Source: an uncultured bacterium (lineage in GTDB: Bacteria > Bacillota_I > Bacilli_A > RFN20 > CAG-826). From it: a DNA stretch of 64,000 nucleotides. Under the pieces are notes generated by a model, which saw only the letters and a program-made list of their open reading frames with translations, was not told the origin of the DNA and made no database searches. The DNA is taken from NCBI GenBank assembly GCA_949293175.1, contig CASFCI010000008.1, forward strand, positions 954-64,953, written 5' to 3'. Every line of letters begins with the position of its first letter. The stretch's first letter is position 1. Shown piece after piece: positions 1 to 9,700 of the stretch. The translations under genes and the position numbers were made by a program.

Positions 1-87
1 CGCCTTGCGGAGCTTAAGCTCGATTCCGGTGTCCTTCCCCCTTATGGCGGACATCGTCTTGGAAACTATCCTCGGATCGCGGCTCAT
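1..87 (-). CDS. vsr: Very-short-patch repair endonuclease Vsr, 5' part only (runs off the window)
   Basis: Manual translation from ATG at 87 gives MSRDPRIVSKTMSAIRGKDTGIELKLRKA, matching the Vsr N-terminal pattern MSxIRxKDTxxExxLRKAL. The ATG overlaps the TGA of the upstream ORF (ATGA). Absent from the ORF track. Confidence 0.8.
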   Translation of the reverse strand, partial: MSRDPRIVSKTMSAIRGKDTGIELKLRKA

Positions 88-488
88 TCCTTTTTCTTCT
101 TGGCCTTCTTAGGCACCTTGTTGCCAGATTTGCTTTTCAGCGCCTCGATCTTTCCATAGACATCTAGCAGCTTCTCCGATGACTCCTCGAGGCTCGAGCT
201 GAGCTTCTCAGGGTCGAGCCCGCCGATGAGCTCGGCAAGCCGCTTGCCCTGCTCCTGCACCCCGGATAGCCGCTTGGCGGCATCGGTCAGGCGGTCAAGG
301 GCGCCGGATAGTGCGTCGAGCTTGCCGCTGATGTCGTTTATGGTCGAGAAGAGGCCCTCGACGCTTGACTCCATTTCCTTCAGCCGCTTGTCGAAGCGAG
401 ATTCAACCTCGGCTATCGAATCCAGGCTATCCGACATCTCGTCGAGCCTGGTCAAGGTCTTTATCAGCCTGTCGTCAGCGTTTTCCAT
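84..488 (-). CDS. Hypothetical coiled-coil protein with Lys-rich C-terminal tail
   Basis: 134-aa ORF with heptad L/I pattern and KKAKKKKE tail. It overlaps both neighbouring genes. Confidence 0.75.
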   Translation of the reverse strand: MENADDRLIKTLTRLDEMSDSLDSIAEVESRFDKRLKEMESSVEGLFSTINDISGKLDALSGALDRLTDAAKRLSGVQEQGKRLAELIGGLDPEKLSSSLEESSEKLLDVYGKIEALKSKSGNKVPKKAKKKKE

Positions 489-3400
489 CTTCTTTTTCCT
501 CCTTTTTCAGCATTTTGTCCTTGCCGATTATATCCCTCACATACGAATAGGATAGCAGCGTGAAGAAGAAAGTCTTCTCGTGGAAAGTCGACTTCTCGAC
601 GATCTTCCTGAACGAGGATAGCGCCGCCTTGCGGTCCTCCGCCCTGACTTGGGAGAGGAAATCCAGCTTGGCGTTAAGCCCCAGATCGAGGTAGGCGCGC
701 TCGAGGTTGCGGTAGTCATTCTCCTGTATAAGGAAGTCGATGAAGCGGCTTTGCCAATCGCCGCTTTCGTGGCGGCCAAGCTTGGCCATGTTATCGATGT
801 AGAACTCGGCTTTGGACAGCAGCGATTTGGCCTCGGGGTCGGGCAATGCCCTGACGAACGCCCGCCTGGCGCCTTCGTAGTCGCCATCGCGCAGCAGAAC
901 CTTCCCGTGGCTCTTCCACCTTTCGGGGTCGATGGAATTGGAGAATATCGACCTGACGTCCTCTAAGCGGAACTTCTGCAGCGATGACAGCAGCTTGTCG
1001 AACGACCCCTTCGGGGCATTGGATTCGGTTATCAGGATCCGGTTCTTGGCCCGGGTCAACCCCACGTAAAGCCGGTTGAACATCATCCGGAGCGAGGTCA
1101 CGTGGCGCCCTTTCTTCTGCTCGCCACAGAGGCACTCGGCAAACTCGGGGCCGAACTCGGTCAGGAAGTCGACGAGTATCACCCCGTCCCATTCCCTGCC
1201 CTTGGCCTGCTCGATCGGTAGGAAGGAGGTATCCGCGTAGTCGCCGATCCCCTCGAGCTTGCCTTTGACCGCCTCCTTGGCCCGCTCGCAGGACTCCAAG
1301 GAGGGGAAAAGGAAGACGAAATCCTCGTTCGACTTGAACGCCAAACTCACCAATGGGCAGAGGTCGGAGCCGATGTCGAGGTAGCTCACGAACAAATCGT
1401 CGGCGTCGAGGCGAAAGCTGGTCTCCGGCTCGTCGAGTATCGCCTTCTGCGCCCCGATGCGGTCGCGCTTGATGGCCTTCATGCCGTTTATGAAGCCCAG
1501 CAAACTCGGCCCGGTGCGGTAAGACCCGCTTAGCCTATGGGTGTCGATGCTGATCGGCCTTCCGAAATGCGAATAAAGCAGCTGGTTGGCTTTCGAAAGA
1601 GAGAAGATGGTCGGGTTGACCGACTGGTTCTCGTCCCCGTATAGGTAGAGCGGTATCAGCTTGCAATCCGGCAGGTAATCCAATAGCGAAAGGAACTGCA
1701 GCGGCGTCAGATCTTGATATTCGTCGATGATTATCGAGTCGAAACAGAGGCTTTTGCGCTTCTTTTGCAGCAATAGCAAAGCCAGATCGTTGTCGGTTAG
1801 TTTGCCTAGCCGCCTTATCTCCCTCTGGTAGTCCTCGCCAAGGTCATAGACCGCCTCGGCGACGTCGAGGGGGTAGCCTTCCTCCGAGGTGAGGTAGGCG
1901 CAGAAGTCCGCCTTCTTCATCGGCCTAACGGAGTTGGAGTCGGAGCCGAAGAGGTAGCCGCGGATGTAGAGGTAGGCGATCCGGCCCTGCTCCTCTTTGT
2001 CGGCGCTTAGGGCGGCGAAGGTCTTCTCCGACTTGCGGTATCGCGCAAGGTAAGTCGAGAAGAAGGAGAGGAAATCCTCCTCGAAGGAGAGCTCATGCTC
2101 GCCCAGCTCGGCGGTCGAAAGCGAGATGAAGGTATGGCAGACCACGTCGCCATGCCCCATCTCCTGCAGCTTGTCGGCGGCGTAGTCGCGAAGGCTCGGC
2201 TCATAGGTGAGGTAAAGCGTCCTGCCCTCGCCTTGCAGGCATAGGCAGTTCTCGATGGAAAGCAGCGTCTTTCCCGTCCCGGCCGAGCCGATGAAGGCTA
2301 GAGGCGGCAGGCTGACCAGGCTCTTGACCAAGGCGAACTGGCGCTTCGAGGGATAGGCGATGGAGTCGATCTCCTTGCTGTTGCCCCGCTTAAGCAGCAT
2401 CCGTTCATATAGGTTGTCGGTGTTTAGGCGGCTAAGGAGCAATTCGGCGAACTCGCCCTGCTGGTCGTGCCTAGAGGGCGGGCAGATGTCTAGCAGGAAG
2501 AAGTCCGAGGCGCAGTAGAAGCGGTCGGAGAACTCCCCGGTCGAGGAGAAATCGTATCCGCGGCGGTAGAAGACCCGCGCTGCCTTGTACTGGCTGCCGT
2601 TGAGGCGGAACTTCCTGACCTTCCCGGTCTGTTTGATCTCCTTGTTGTTCCTTGAGCTCAGCATCTGATTGAGGGCTGGCTCGGAATAGGTCAATAGGCG
2701 GTGGATGAGCTTTGATATCTCCTGCTCCGCCTCGGGGTGGTCGGAATATAGCTGCTTGGCGCTTTTAAGGAAATAGGCGGAGGCGAAGACCCGGCGCTCC
2801 TCCTTCTCCTGGTCGATGTAGTCGGAGATCGCTTCCTCGATCTCGTCCTTGTTCTGCGTCTCCTCGGGCTCGGCTTTGGGTTCCTCGCGCTTGGGCTTGG
2901 GCTTTTGCTTCTCCTCGACGGCCTCCGGGGAACGCTGCGAGCGGGAAAAAAGATCGAAGAACGTCGCCGAGGAGAACTGCCCCTCGACGGTGCAGCCGTG
3001 GTCGGAATAGGCGAAGATGATGCCGGTTTTCCTGTCCGGGCAGAGGTTTATCACCAGCGATGGGTCCTCGCCAAGGCAAAGCAGCATCGCCCCGACCTGG
3101 CTCTTGTTCTGGTCGGTCAGGGCCACCAGCGGCACCCATTTGTCGGCCTCAAAGGGCTTAAGGAGCGAATATATCTTGTCATCCGTCTCCGGGACCGGGG
3201 AGAAGATGGCGTTGTTGTAGAACCTGGCCTCGCTTATCCGGCTTAGGGCCTTGGTCGCCATGGACAGGACGTATTCGTCGCGGTATGGCCCAACCAGCTG
3301 CGATAGATGGGAGAGGATCGGCTTCCTGGGGTTGGGACGGAAGTCATATTGGGCGAAGCACATCCCCCTAGCCTGCTTGGGCGGACGGTAATTTGGGTTG

Positions 3401-4239
3401 GCGTTTAGGTTCGGCACCGCCTTCTTCGAGTACGGAGAAAAGGCCTGCTTGACCTTCTTTATGTCAAACGGCTTGGGGGTTTCATCCGGCTCCCGCGTGG
3501 CTGGCGAGAGCCTATCGCCTTTTGGGTCGCGGATGGCCTTGGGCTTTTTAGACGATGAGGGCACGAAGCTTGGCCTAACGACCTCGACTTTGGGGGCCGG
3601 GGAATCGTCTTCCTCCGCTTCTTCCTCCTGTTTCTGGCTGGTTATCCGCTTGGAGAATGTGTTCTTGAAGCTTTTCTTGCTTGAGGCGGCGAAGTAAGAA
3701 GGCACCTCGACCTTCTCCGCAGGCTCCTCGTATTCCTCGTCATCCTCGCTTGGCGAGGGGGTGAAATAGCCGAGGTTTGCGACCTTTCCCTGCTTCGTGG
3801 GGGCGAATGATTCGGGCTGCTTGGCCGTCTGCTCGTCACCGAAAAGGAGCAACAGGTCGCTATAGGTGTACTCCTTGCCATCCTCGACCAATCCGAAAGG
3901 CTCGTAGATGGCCTCCTTTATCAGTCCGGAGGCGGTGATTACGTAGGCTGGGAGCAGCGATCCGTTATGACAAAGCAAGATGTCGTCGACCTTAGAGGAG
4001 GACACCCTGACCGCGACGCACTGATAATCAAGCGGATCGAAGCTGGCCACCCGCCTCTTCTCTTCTTCGTCAACCCGGTGATAGGAAGGCACGAAGACGG
4101 TGTTTAGATCAAACCGCAATGAAGACAAGGCGAAGAGATCGTCATCCACTTCCGGATAGCGGTCCTCGCCGGTCGTGAAGACGAACCGGAACCTGACCCT
4201 AGAGGACCTATTTGAACCATTTGACTCGAATTTGTACAT
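475..4239 (-). CDS. Large multidomain SF1 (UvrD/Rep-like) helicase with RelE-like domain and TPR-like C-terminus
   Basis: Motifs GSAGTGKT (I), IIIDEYQD (II), YGDENQSV (III), SGSYRT (IV), AKGREWD (V), LYVGLTRAK (VI). TPR-like WKSHGKVLLRDGDYEGARRAF. Start placed at ATG 4239 (MYKFES) to avoid overlap with the divergent GNAT gene. Confidence 0.85.
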   Translation of the reverse strand: MYKFESNGSNRSSRVRFRFVFTTGEDRYPEVDDDLFALSSLRFDLNTVFVPSYHRVDEEEKRRVASFDPLDYQCVAVRVSSSKVDDILLCHNGSLLPAYVITASGLIKEAIYEPFGLVEDGKEYTYSDLLLLFGDEQTAKQPESFAPTKQGKVANLGYFTPSPSEDDEEYEEPAEKVEVPSYFAASSKKSFKNTFSKRITSQKQEEEAEEDDSPAPKVEVVRPSFVPSSSKKPKAIRDPKGDRLSPATREPDETPKPFDIKKVKQAFSPYSKKAVPNLNANPNYRPPKQARGMCFAQYDFRPNPRKPILSHLSQLVGPYRDEYVLSMATKALSRISEARFYNNAIFSPVPETDDKIYSLLKPFEADKWVPLVALTDQNKSQVGAMLLCLGEDPSLVINLCPDRKTGIIFAYSDHGCTVEGQFSSATFFDLFSRSQRSPEAVEEKQKPKPKREEPKAEPEETQNKDEIEEAISDYIDQEKEERRVFASAYFLKSAKQLYSDHPEAEQEISKLIHRLLTYSEPALNQMLSSRNNKEIKQTGKVRKFRLNGSQYKAARVFYRRGYDFSSTGEFSDRFYCASDFFLLDICPPSRHDQQGEFAELLLSRLNTDNLYERMLLKRGNSKEIDSIAYPSKRQFALVKSLVSLPPLAFIGSAGTGKTLLSIENCLCLQGEGRTLYLTYEPSLRDYAADKLQEMGHGDVVCHTFISLSTAELGEHELSFEEDFLSFFSTYLARYRKSEKTFAALSADKEEQGRIAYLYIRGYLFGSDSNSVRPMKKADFCAYLTSEEGYPLDVAEAVYDLGEDYQREIRRLGKLTDNDLALLLLQKKRKSLCFDSIIIDEYQDLTPLQFLSLLDYLPDCKLIPLYLYGDENQSVNPTIFSLSKANQLLYSHFGRPISIDTHRLSGSYRTGPSLLGFINGMKAIKRDRIGAQKAILDEPETSFRLDADDLFVSYLDIGSDLCPLVSLAFKSNEDFVFLFPSLESCERAKEAVKGKLEGIGDYADTSFLPIEQAKGREWDGVILVDFLTEFGPEFAECLCGEQKKGRHVTSLRMMFNRLYVGLTRAKNRILITESNAPKGSFDKLLSSLQKFRLEDVRSIFSNSIDPERWKSHGKVLLRDGDYEGARRAFVRALPDPEAKSLLSKAEFYIDNMAKLGRHESGDWQSRFIDFLIQENDYRNLERAYLDLGLNAKLDFLSQVRAEDRKAALSSFRKIVEKSTFHEKTFFFTLLSYSYVRDIIGKDKMLKKEEKEDGKR

Positions 4240-4266
4240 AGATTGATGCTGCGATAAGATAACCCC

Positions 4267-4815
4267 ATGCAGGTTTTCCGCAAGGCCGTTTCGCGCGATT
4301 CCAAATCGATAGAAAAGCTGTTGGGGAGGGTGGAGCTGTCCCTGCAGGAGGACCATCTCCCGCCCTACTTCCCCTATTATACTTTCGATTCGAACGATTT
4401 GGATGGCGTATATGTATACGCCGACCGCGGGAAGTGCGTCGGGTTGCTTAGCTTCAGCCGCACCCTAGAGCCGATGTTTTCCGGCAATGGCCGATACCGG
4501 AAGGAGGACGACCTCCTCTCTAAGATCGCCTACAAAGGCGAGGACATCGCCTTGCTCCGGTTCCTCTGCGTCGACCCGATGGATAGGCGGCAGAAGAAGG
4601 GGACGGAGATGTTCAATTCGCTGTCCTGTTTGCTTTCAAAGACGACCTTCTTCGCCCCGATAAGCCGGTTCAACGCGCCGGGCATCGAGTTTTTGAAATC
4701 GCTTGGCTTCTATATGGTAAGCGAGGGAGCGGAGATGGACATCCCCGACCGGACCGGCATCATCATGGCCAAGCCCTACGTCAAGCAGGGCATCTGCTCC
4801 GACCCGAGGTTTTAG
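4267..4815 (+). CDS. GNAT-family N-acetyltransferase
   Basis: LCVDPMDRRQKKGT acetyl-CoA motif A and NAPGIEFLKSLGF motif B. Confidence 0.8.
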   Translation: MQVFRKAVSRDSKSIEKLLGRVELSLQEDHLPPYFPYYTFDSNDLDGVYVYADRGKCVGLLSFSRTLEPMFSGNGRYRKEDDLLSKIAYKGEDIALLRFLCVDPMDRRQKKGTEMFNSLSCLLSKTTFFAPISRFNAPGIEFLKSLGFYMVSEGAEMDIPDRTGIIMAKPYVKQGICSDPRF

Positions 4816-6530
4816 GAAAGCTGCGAGTCGTATAGCTCCTTGAAGAACCCGCCTTGGGCCATGAGCTCCTCGAAGTTCCCGCGCTCGATTATCTCGCCCG
4901 ACTTCATCACCAAGATGAGGTCGGCGTTTTTGATGGTCGAAAGGCGGTGGGCGACCACGATCGAGGTCTTGCCCCTCATGAGCTCATCGAAGGAGGCGCT
5001 CAGCTCAAGCTCGGTCCTTAGGTCGATCGAGGAGGTCGCCTCGTCGAGGAGGATTATCTCCGGGGCGAGCAGCATGATGCGGGCCACGCAAAGCAGCTGC
5101 TTCTCCCCCATGGAGAGCCCCGAGGCGTTGGAGACTATGGTGTCGTATCCTTGCGGCAGGCGGCGGATGAAGCCATCCGCGTGCGCCTTCTTGGCCGCCG
5201 CGACTATCTCCTCCATGCTGGCGTCGGGCTTAGCGAAGGCGATGTTGTCCTTAACCGTCCCCGAGCAGAGCCAGCAATCCTGCAGCACCATTCCGATGTG
5301 GCCGCGCATGCTGCGCTTGCTTATGTCGCGGCTATCGACGCCATTGAAATAGAATCCGCCCTTTTGGGGGTCGTAGAAGCGCATGAGCAGGTTGATGATG
5401 GTGGTCTTGCCGCACCCGGTCGGGCCGACCAAGGCGATCTTGTGGCCTTTGTAGATGTCGATTGAGAAGCCCTTGATTATCTGCTTCTTGCCATCGTAGG
5501 AGAACCACATGTCCTTGGCTTCTAACGAATCGACGGCTCCTTCGATTGAGGCTTTCCCCTCATCGAGGTCGTCAAGCGAGGATAAAGCCGCGTCGACCCG
5601 CTGCAAGCTAGTCAAGGCGTAGAAGACGTCGCTCGCGGCGTCGGATATCTCGTTGAACGGGGTCATGTACTGCAGCGAGTAGGTTAGGAAGGATGACAAT
5701 GCCCCGACCGAGAAGGAGACGCCGAGGCTGTAGTTCTTAACCAATAGATAGGCGCCGAGCAGGATCACCAAGGCGTAGATGAGGTTGTTCACCAGCCTCG
5801 TCCCGGGGTTGATCCAGCTGGCGGCGAAGGAGGCCTTGAAGTTGGCGGATAGGACCTGCTTGTTCAGCTCGTCGAAGCTCTCCTCCTTCATATCGGCTAA
5901 GCCATAGGATTGGATGGTCTGCAAATTGGAAATCGACTCGAGGCCATAGCCGTTTAGGATGCCGCGCTTCTTCGACTGCTCGTTGAAGTACCTGGCGTTG
6001 CGGGAGGAGATGAACTTGGAGACCACCACCGAGATCGGGGTGAGGATGATGACCAATAGCGCCAAGGCGTAGTTAAGATAGAACATGAAGCCGAGGGTGA
6101 TGAGGATCTGCACCGCCCCCTCATAAACCGCCCCGGCCCCGGTGATGAGCCCGGTCTGGACGTTCTCGATGTCGGTGACGAGCCGCTGCAATAGGTCGCC
6201 GTGGCTGCTCGAATCTATGTAGGAGATGGGGGCTGATAGGTATTTGCGGTAGACCGCGTCGCGCATCCGCTTGACCACGGCGTTGCCGATATAGGAAAGC
6301 GAGAGGTCGAAGGCGTAGCGGAAAACCGACCCGGCAAGCAGCAGCCCGATCATGGCGATCAGGTAGGGGTAGATGGCGAACTCGCCATCCTCTAGCATGT
6401 CGACGCATAGCCCGGTGAGGAAGGGGATGGCCATCTTCGAGGCGACCGAGATCAAGGCGAAAAGCACCGATAGTACGGCCAGGGGGTAGGACCCCTTTAG
6501 GAAATGGAGCAGAATCTTCACGCGCTTCAT
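4812..6530 (-). CDS. ABC exporter, fused permease/ATPase (heterodimer subunit)
   Basis: N-terminal TM helices, GPTGCGKTT, LSMGEKQ, ILLDEAT, AHRLST. Confidence 0.95.
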   Translation of the reverse strand: MKRVKILLHFLKGSYPLAVLSVLFALISVASKMAIPFLTGLCVDMLEDGEFAIYPYLIAMIGLLLAGSVFRYAFDLSLSYIGNAVVKRMRDAVYRKYLSAPISYIDSSSHGDLLQRLVTDIENVQTGLITGAGAVYEGAVQILITLGFMFYLNYALALLVIILTPISVVVSKFISSRNARYFNEQSKKRGILNGYGLESISNLQTIQSYGLADMKEESFDELNKQVLSANFKASFAASWINPGTRLVNNLIYALVILLGAYLLVKNYSLGVSFSVGALSSFLTYSLQYMTPFNEISDAASDVFYALTSLQRVDAALSSLDDLDEGKASIEGAVDSLEAKDMWFSYDGKKQIIKGFSIDIYKGHKIALVGPTGCGKTTIINLLMRFYDPQKGGFYFNGVDSRDISKRSMRGHIGMVLQDCWLCSGTVKDNIAFAKPDASMEEIVAAAKKAHADGFIRRLPQGYDTIVSNASGLSMGEKQLLCVARIMLLAPEIILLDEATSSIDLRTELELSASFDELMRGKTSIVVAHRLSTIKNADLILVMKSGEIIERGNFEELMAQGGFFKELYDSQLS

Positions 6531-6531
6531 A

Positions 6532-8250
6532 TCAGTTCACCTGCGCCTCAAACGTCTCGCGGTACACCCGGCAGGAGGAGAGCAATTCGTCATGCTTGCC
6601 AACCCCGACCAGCTTCCCGCCGTCGAGGACGTATATCCGGTCGCAGTCCTTTATCGAGGTGGCCCGCTGCGAGATCAAAAGCACCGACACGCCTTCGATC
6701 TGCGACAAAGCGGACCGCACCTTGGCGTCGGTCTTGTAGTCGAGGGCGGAGGTCGAGTCATCGAGGATGAGGATGCTCCGGTGCGACAATACCGCCCTGG
6801 CGATGAGAAGTCGCTGCTTCTGCCCGCCAGAGAAGTTCGCCCCGCCTTCCTCGACCTCGTGGTCGACCCAATCCGGGTAGCCGGAGACGAATTCATCGGC
6901 TTGGGCTATGCGCAGGGCTTCCTTGATCTGCTGCTCGCTATACTCGCGCCCCAGGCAGATGTTGTCGCGGATGGTTCCTTTGAAGAGCTCTTTGTTCTGC
7001 AGCACCAAGCCGACTTGGGCGCGCAGCTGGTCAAGCTTCAGTTCCTTGAGGTTTACGCCGCCATAAAGGACTTCGCCCACGCTTGGGTCGAGGAAGCGCA
7101 TCAATAGCCCGATGAGGGTGGATTTGCCAGAGCCGGTCCCGCCCAATATCCCGATCCGCTCGCCCCTATCAAGATGGAAGTCGATGCCGTCCAAGGCCCG
7201 GGATTCGCCGCCATAGGAGACCGAGGCATGCTTGAGCTCAAATAGGGTCTCGCCCATCTTGACCTCCGGAAGGTCCTTGTCGCCGCTTACTATCGAGATC
7301 GGCAAAGTCAGGAACCCGTCGATCCTGACCTTGCTGGCGTAGGCCTTCGAAAGCGAGGTGACGAGCCTCGAGAACTGGATAAGCGAGGTTAGGGACTGGG
7401 TCAATAGGCTCATGATAGCGACTATCGAACCGACCGAAAGGCCAGAGTAGTCGAACTGGTAGGAACCGAGGTAGAAGATCGCGACGATGGCGAGGTTGAC
7501 CAGGCCGAAGGTCAGGGGGTTCAGGAAGGCGTTGACCCGGGCCAATGAGTTGCTCTTGGAGCGGTAGGATTCGCTTAGCTTCACGAAACCCTCGGCCGAG
7601 CTTTCCTGCTTGTTGAAGCTCCGTATGACCCTCGCGCCGGAGATCGCGTCGCCTCCGGAGAGGTTGATCTTATCGAGGTCGGACTGGATGGCCTTGTACC
7701 GCTTCGGGGTGATGAGCAATATGGTCGCCACCACCGCGGCGCATAGCGCCAAAGCGCAGACGACGGCGATGCCGGCATAGACGTTCAATATGAAGCTCGC
7801 CACGATCGAGCCAAGGGTCAAAAACGGTGCCCTGACGAGTAGCCTCATGAACATGAAGAGGCCGTTTTGCAGCGAAAACGAGTCGTTGGAAAGAAGGTTC
7901 AGGGCCTTGGCCTTGCCATAGCTTTGCAGCTGAAGCGAGGAGACGGCGTTCATCTTCTTGTATATGCCATCCCGCAGGCGATACCCGAACTCGCAGCTCA
8001 CCTTGGAGGCGACGTATTGGGTGACCATCGTGGCCCCGAAGCCCAGGAAGGAAAGGGCGAGGATTATCGAGGAGAGGGTCAAGATGTAGGAGGCGTCGCG
8101 GAAATGCGAGCCGTCCTCGGAAAGCCCATTATCGATTATGGCTTTGACCAAAAAAGGGACGACGAGTTCGCAAATGCACTCGACGACCTTCAGGCAGGGG
8201 GCGAGGATGGTGGCGGGGATGTGGCCTTTTAGATAAGACAAAGACTTCAT
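6532..8250 (-). CDS. ABC exporter, fused permease/ATPase (heterodimer subunit, degenerate site)
   Basis: GGTGSGKST, FSGGQKQR, LILDDSTS and ISQR (non-canonical Walker B/H-loop typical of TM287-like subunits). Confidence 0.95.
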   Translation of the reverse strand: MKSLSYLKGHIPATILAPCLKVVECICELVVPFLVKAIIDNGLSEDGSHFRDASYILTLSSIILALSFLGFGATMVTQYVASKVSCEFGYRLRDGIYKKMNAVSSLQLQSYGKAKALNLLSNDSFSLQNGLFMFMRLLVRAPFLTLGSIVASFILNVYAGIAVVCALALCAAVVATILLITPKRYKAIQSDLDKINLSGGDAISGARVIRSFNKQESSAEGFVKLSESYRSKSNSLARVNAFLNPLTFGLVNLAIVAIFYLGSYQFDYSGLSVGSIVAIMSLLTQSLTSLIQFSRLVTSLSKAYASKVRIDGFLTLPISIVSGDKDLPEVKMGETLFELKHASVSYGGESRALDGIDFHLDRGERIGILGGTGSGKSTLIGLLMRFLDPSVGEVLYGGVNLKELKLDQLRAQVGLVLQNKELFKGTIRDNICLGREYSEQQIKEALRIAQADEFVSGYPDWVDHEVEEGGANFSGGQKQRLLIARAVLSHRSILILDDSTSALDYKTDAKVRSALSQIEGVSVLLISQRATSIKDCDRIYVLDGGKLVGVGKHDELLSSCRVYRETFEAQVN

Positions 8251-9578
8251 TTCGGCTGGTTCCTCGATGGGGAGAACCTGATCCTTCCGCAGGGGGTCTG
8301 CTCCTCGACCCCGTTGTTGACGAGGAAGAAGTCGATCTCGTCGGCGTAGGCGTGCATCGTCATGAAGACGAAATGGCCGTCCTCGATTGGGAGATCGGCG
8401 TACTCGACGTCGCCGAAGGTGAACTCAACCCCATCCTCTATCCGCTCGCAGCACATATTGCCGATATCGACGGCGAGGTAAGGCAAAGGCATGTAGAAAT
8501 TGAAGCTGAGCGTCCCGGCGTCCTTAGAGAAGGAGATATTGGTCATCTGCCCGATGACCGGTGTGGAGAACATCATCATCGTGTCGCAGAAGGTGTCCTC
8601 GTCATAGACGATCTGCCCTTTCTTCCATCCCTGCGCCTCGCCGAAGGCTTGGATATAGGACTTTATGCTCTCTGTCAATTTCTCATCGGCCCTGTCCGAG
8701 CTCGAATATAGGTAATCTGTCATGGTAAGCAGCGCCCCGGCCCGGTCGATGTTGACCGCGGTGAATGCCCCGTCGATGAAGTAGTTCGAGAGTCTATAGC
8801 AGACGTGGGCGAACGGGAGGGCGAACTTGGCGGCGTTGGAGGAGTAGAGGCTATAGAATGTCTCGTAGCACTTCATGTACATCCTAAGCGCCAGCTGGCG
8901 GTCCATCATAACCCCGACCCCGGTGTCGTAGAGGTCGGCGAGCATGAAGAGGGCGTGGTCGGAGCCGAGCAGCACGGCTTTGTTGAGCGTCTCGGCGCAT
9001 TTAACATCGCTGCGGCGGTGATGCGGGGTGCCGGTCGAAAGCAGGTTGGCCCTAAACCGGAGCGCCTCCTCGTTGTAGTCGAGCCGCTTGGCGAAGAAAT
9101 AATGCCAGGCCTTGTCTAGATCGGCGGGGGTGTTCTTCGAGCCGTAGAAGTAGAACCGGCCGAGGTCCATCGCGGCCAGCACGTCGCCCTTGCGGTAAAG
9201 CGAGTCGCAGTATTTCAGGAACAGCGCCTCATTGCTCTGGCTGTCCTCGACCAAACCGTTGACGTAGGCATCGCAGAAATCGTAGATGTCGCGGTGGGAC
9301 CGAGAAATCGCCCTCGGGTCTTCCGATATCGACTTGATCGTCTGCTCGTCAATCGATAATCCGGAGGCGTCCCCCACCACCGTGGCCATCCCGCAATGCG
9401 GGCACCTAGCCGATATCGAATTGGGAGTGGAATCGTCCCACTCCTTGACCTCCCTGGCGTCGAATACCCTTCCACAGGAAAGGCAGCCGGCTTTTCTGGA
9501 GGACACAATCTCAAGCTCGTTGTTGGCGGCGTGCTTTATGTACTCGCCGATTGCTTGCTCGTCTAAACTCTTTTCCAT
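8247..9578 (-). CDS. Sel1-like repeat protein with N-terminal Zn-ribbon domain
   Basis: CLSC...CPHCG at the N-terminus. Sel1-like AAMDLGRFYFYG..D..KAWHYF and ALFMLADLYDTGVGV..D...A. Confidence 0.75.
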   Translation of the reverse strand: MEKSLDEQAIGEYIKHAANNELEIVSSRKAGCLSCGRVFDAREVKEWDDSTPNSISARCPHCGMATVVGDASGLSIDEQTIKSISEDPRAISRSHRDIYDFCDAYVNGLVEDSQSNEALFLKYCDSLYRKGDVLAAMDLGRFYFYGSKNTPADLDKAWHYFFAKRLDYNEEALRFRANLLSTGTPHHRRSDVKCAETLNKAVLLGSDHALFMLADLYDTGVGVMMDRQLALRMYMKCYETFYSLYSSNAAKFALPFAHVCYRLSNYFIDGAFTAVNIDRAGALLTMTDYLYSSSDRADEKLTESIKSYIQAFGEAQGWKKGQIVYDEDTFCDTMMMFSTPVIGQMTNISFSKDAGTLSFNFYMPLPYLAVDIGNMCCERIEDGVEFTFGDVEYADLPIEDGHFVFMTMHAYADEIDFFLVNNGVEEQTPCGRIRFSPSRNQPK

Positions 9579-9700
9579 TGCCAGCGGATTATATCATGCC
9601 TACGCGCGGGTATGTAGGGAGTACGACTCCTGCCATCGGCCACATCGACGATTGAATAACGAGTCGGGCGAAGCGCAAAATATCCATCGAGGTAAACCAT

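Noticed and set aside
4240..4356. Longer start for the helicase given in the ORF track
   Set aside because: It would overlap the divergent GNAT gene by 90 bp. ATG 4239 is more plausible.
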